This document shows positions 22,796 through 22,817 of a stretch of 22,817 bases of DNA, piece by piece (position 1 is the stretch's first letter; every line of letters begins with the position of its first letter). Made by a program: the position numbers and the translations under genes. Source of the stretch: Patellaria atrata CBS 101060 (lineage: Eukaryota). The DNA lies in NCBI GenBank assembly GCA_010093705.1, contig MU006108.1:124001-146817 (forward strand). The letters are read 5' to 3'. Under the pieces are notes generated by a model. It saw nothing but the letters and a program-made list of their open reading frames with translations. It was not told the origin of the DNA and did no database searches.

Positions 22796-22817
22796 TTAAA
22801 TGAAAACGCTCCCAGAC

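Noticed and set aside
1..22817. tRNA, rRNA, CRISPR array or intact transposon
   Set aside because: No cloverleaf with A/B boxes, rRNA-like sequence, repeat-spacer array, or transposase/RT motif found by eye; a covariance-model scan was not possible.

Overview
Eukaryotic DNA from a filamentous ascomycete fungus: short GT-AG introns with CTRAY branch sites and typical Pezizomycotina gene families. Five genes can be assembled by hand. (1) An intronless DHDPS/NAL-family aldolase related to Lga1/GaaC (3042-4139, +). (2) A 4-exon Mx-like dynamin GTPase (14423-11731, -). (3) A 6-exon ChaC/GCG1 gamma-glutamylcyclotransferase containing a 5-nt microexon (15748-16751, +). (4) A Fungal_trans_2-type regulator with no Zn2Cys6 cluster (19770-17180, -). 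(5) A ZIP zinc transporter (21045-22601, +). Two candidate microprotein genes lie in a gene-poor 7.5 kb stretch. The main finding is that the spliced dynamin ends in a Nup98/Nup116-type GLEBS (Gle2/Rae1-binding) motif, 'GTGERPF...YQSITVLEPHKNFSFE|ELRLADY'. The motif is split by the last intron, so the ORF track does not show it intact. This suggests an Mx-like GTPase carrying a nuclear-pore/mRNA-export docking module or decoy. All family calls come from motif recognition; no searches were run.
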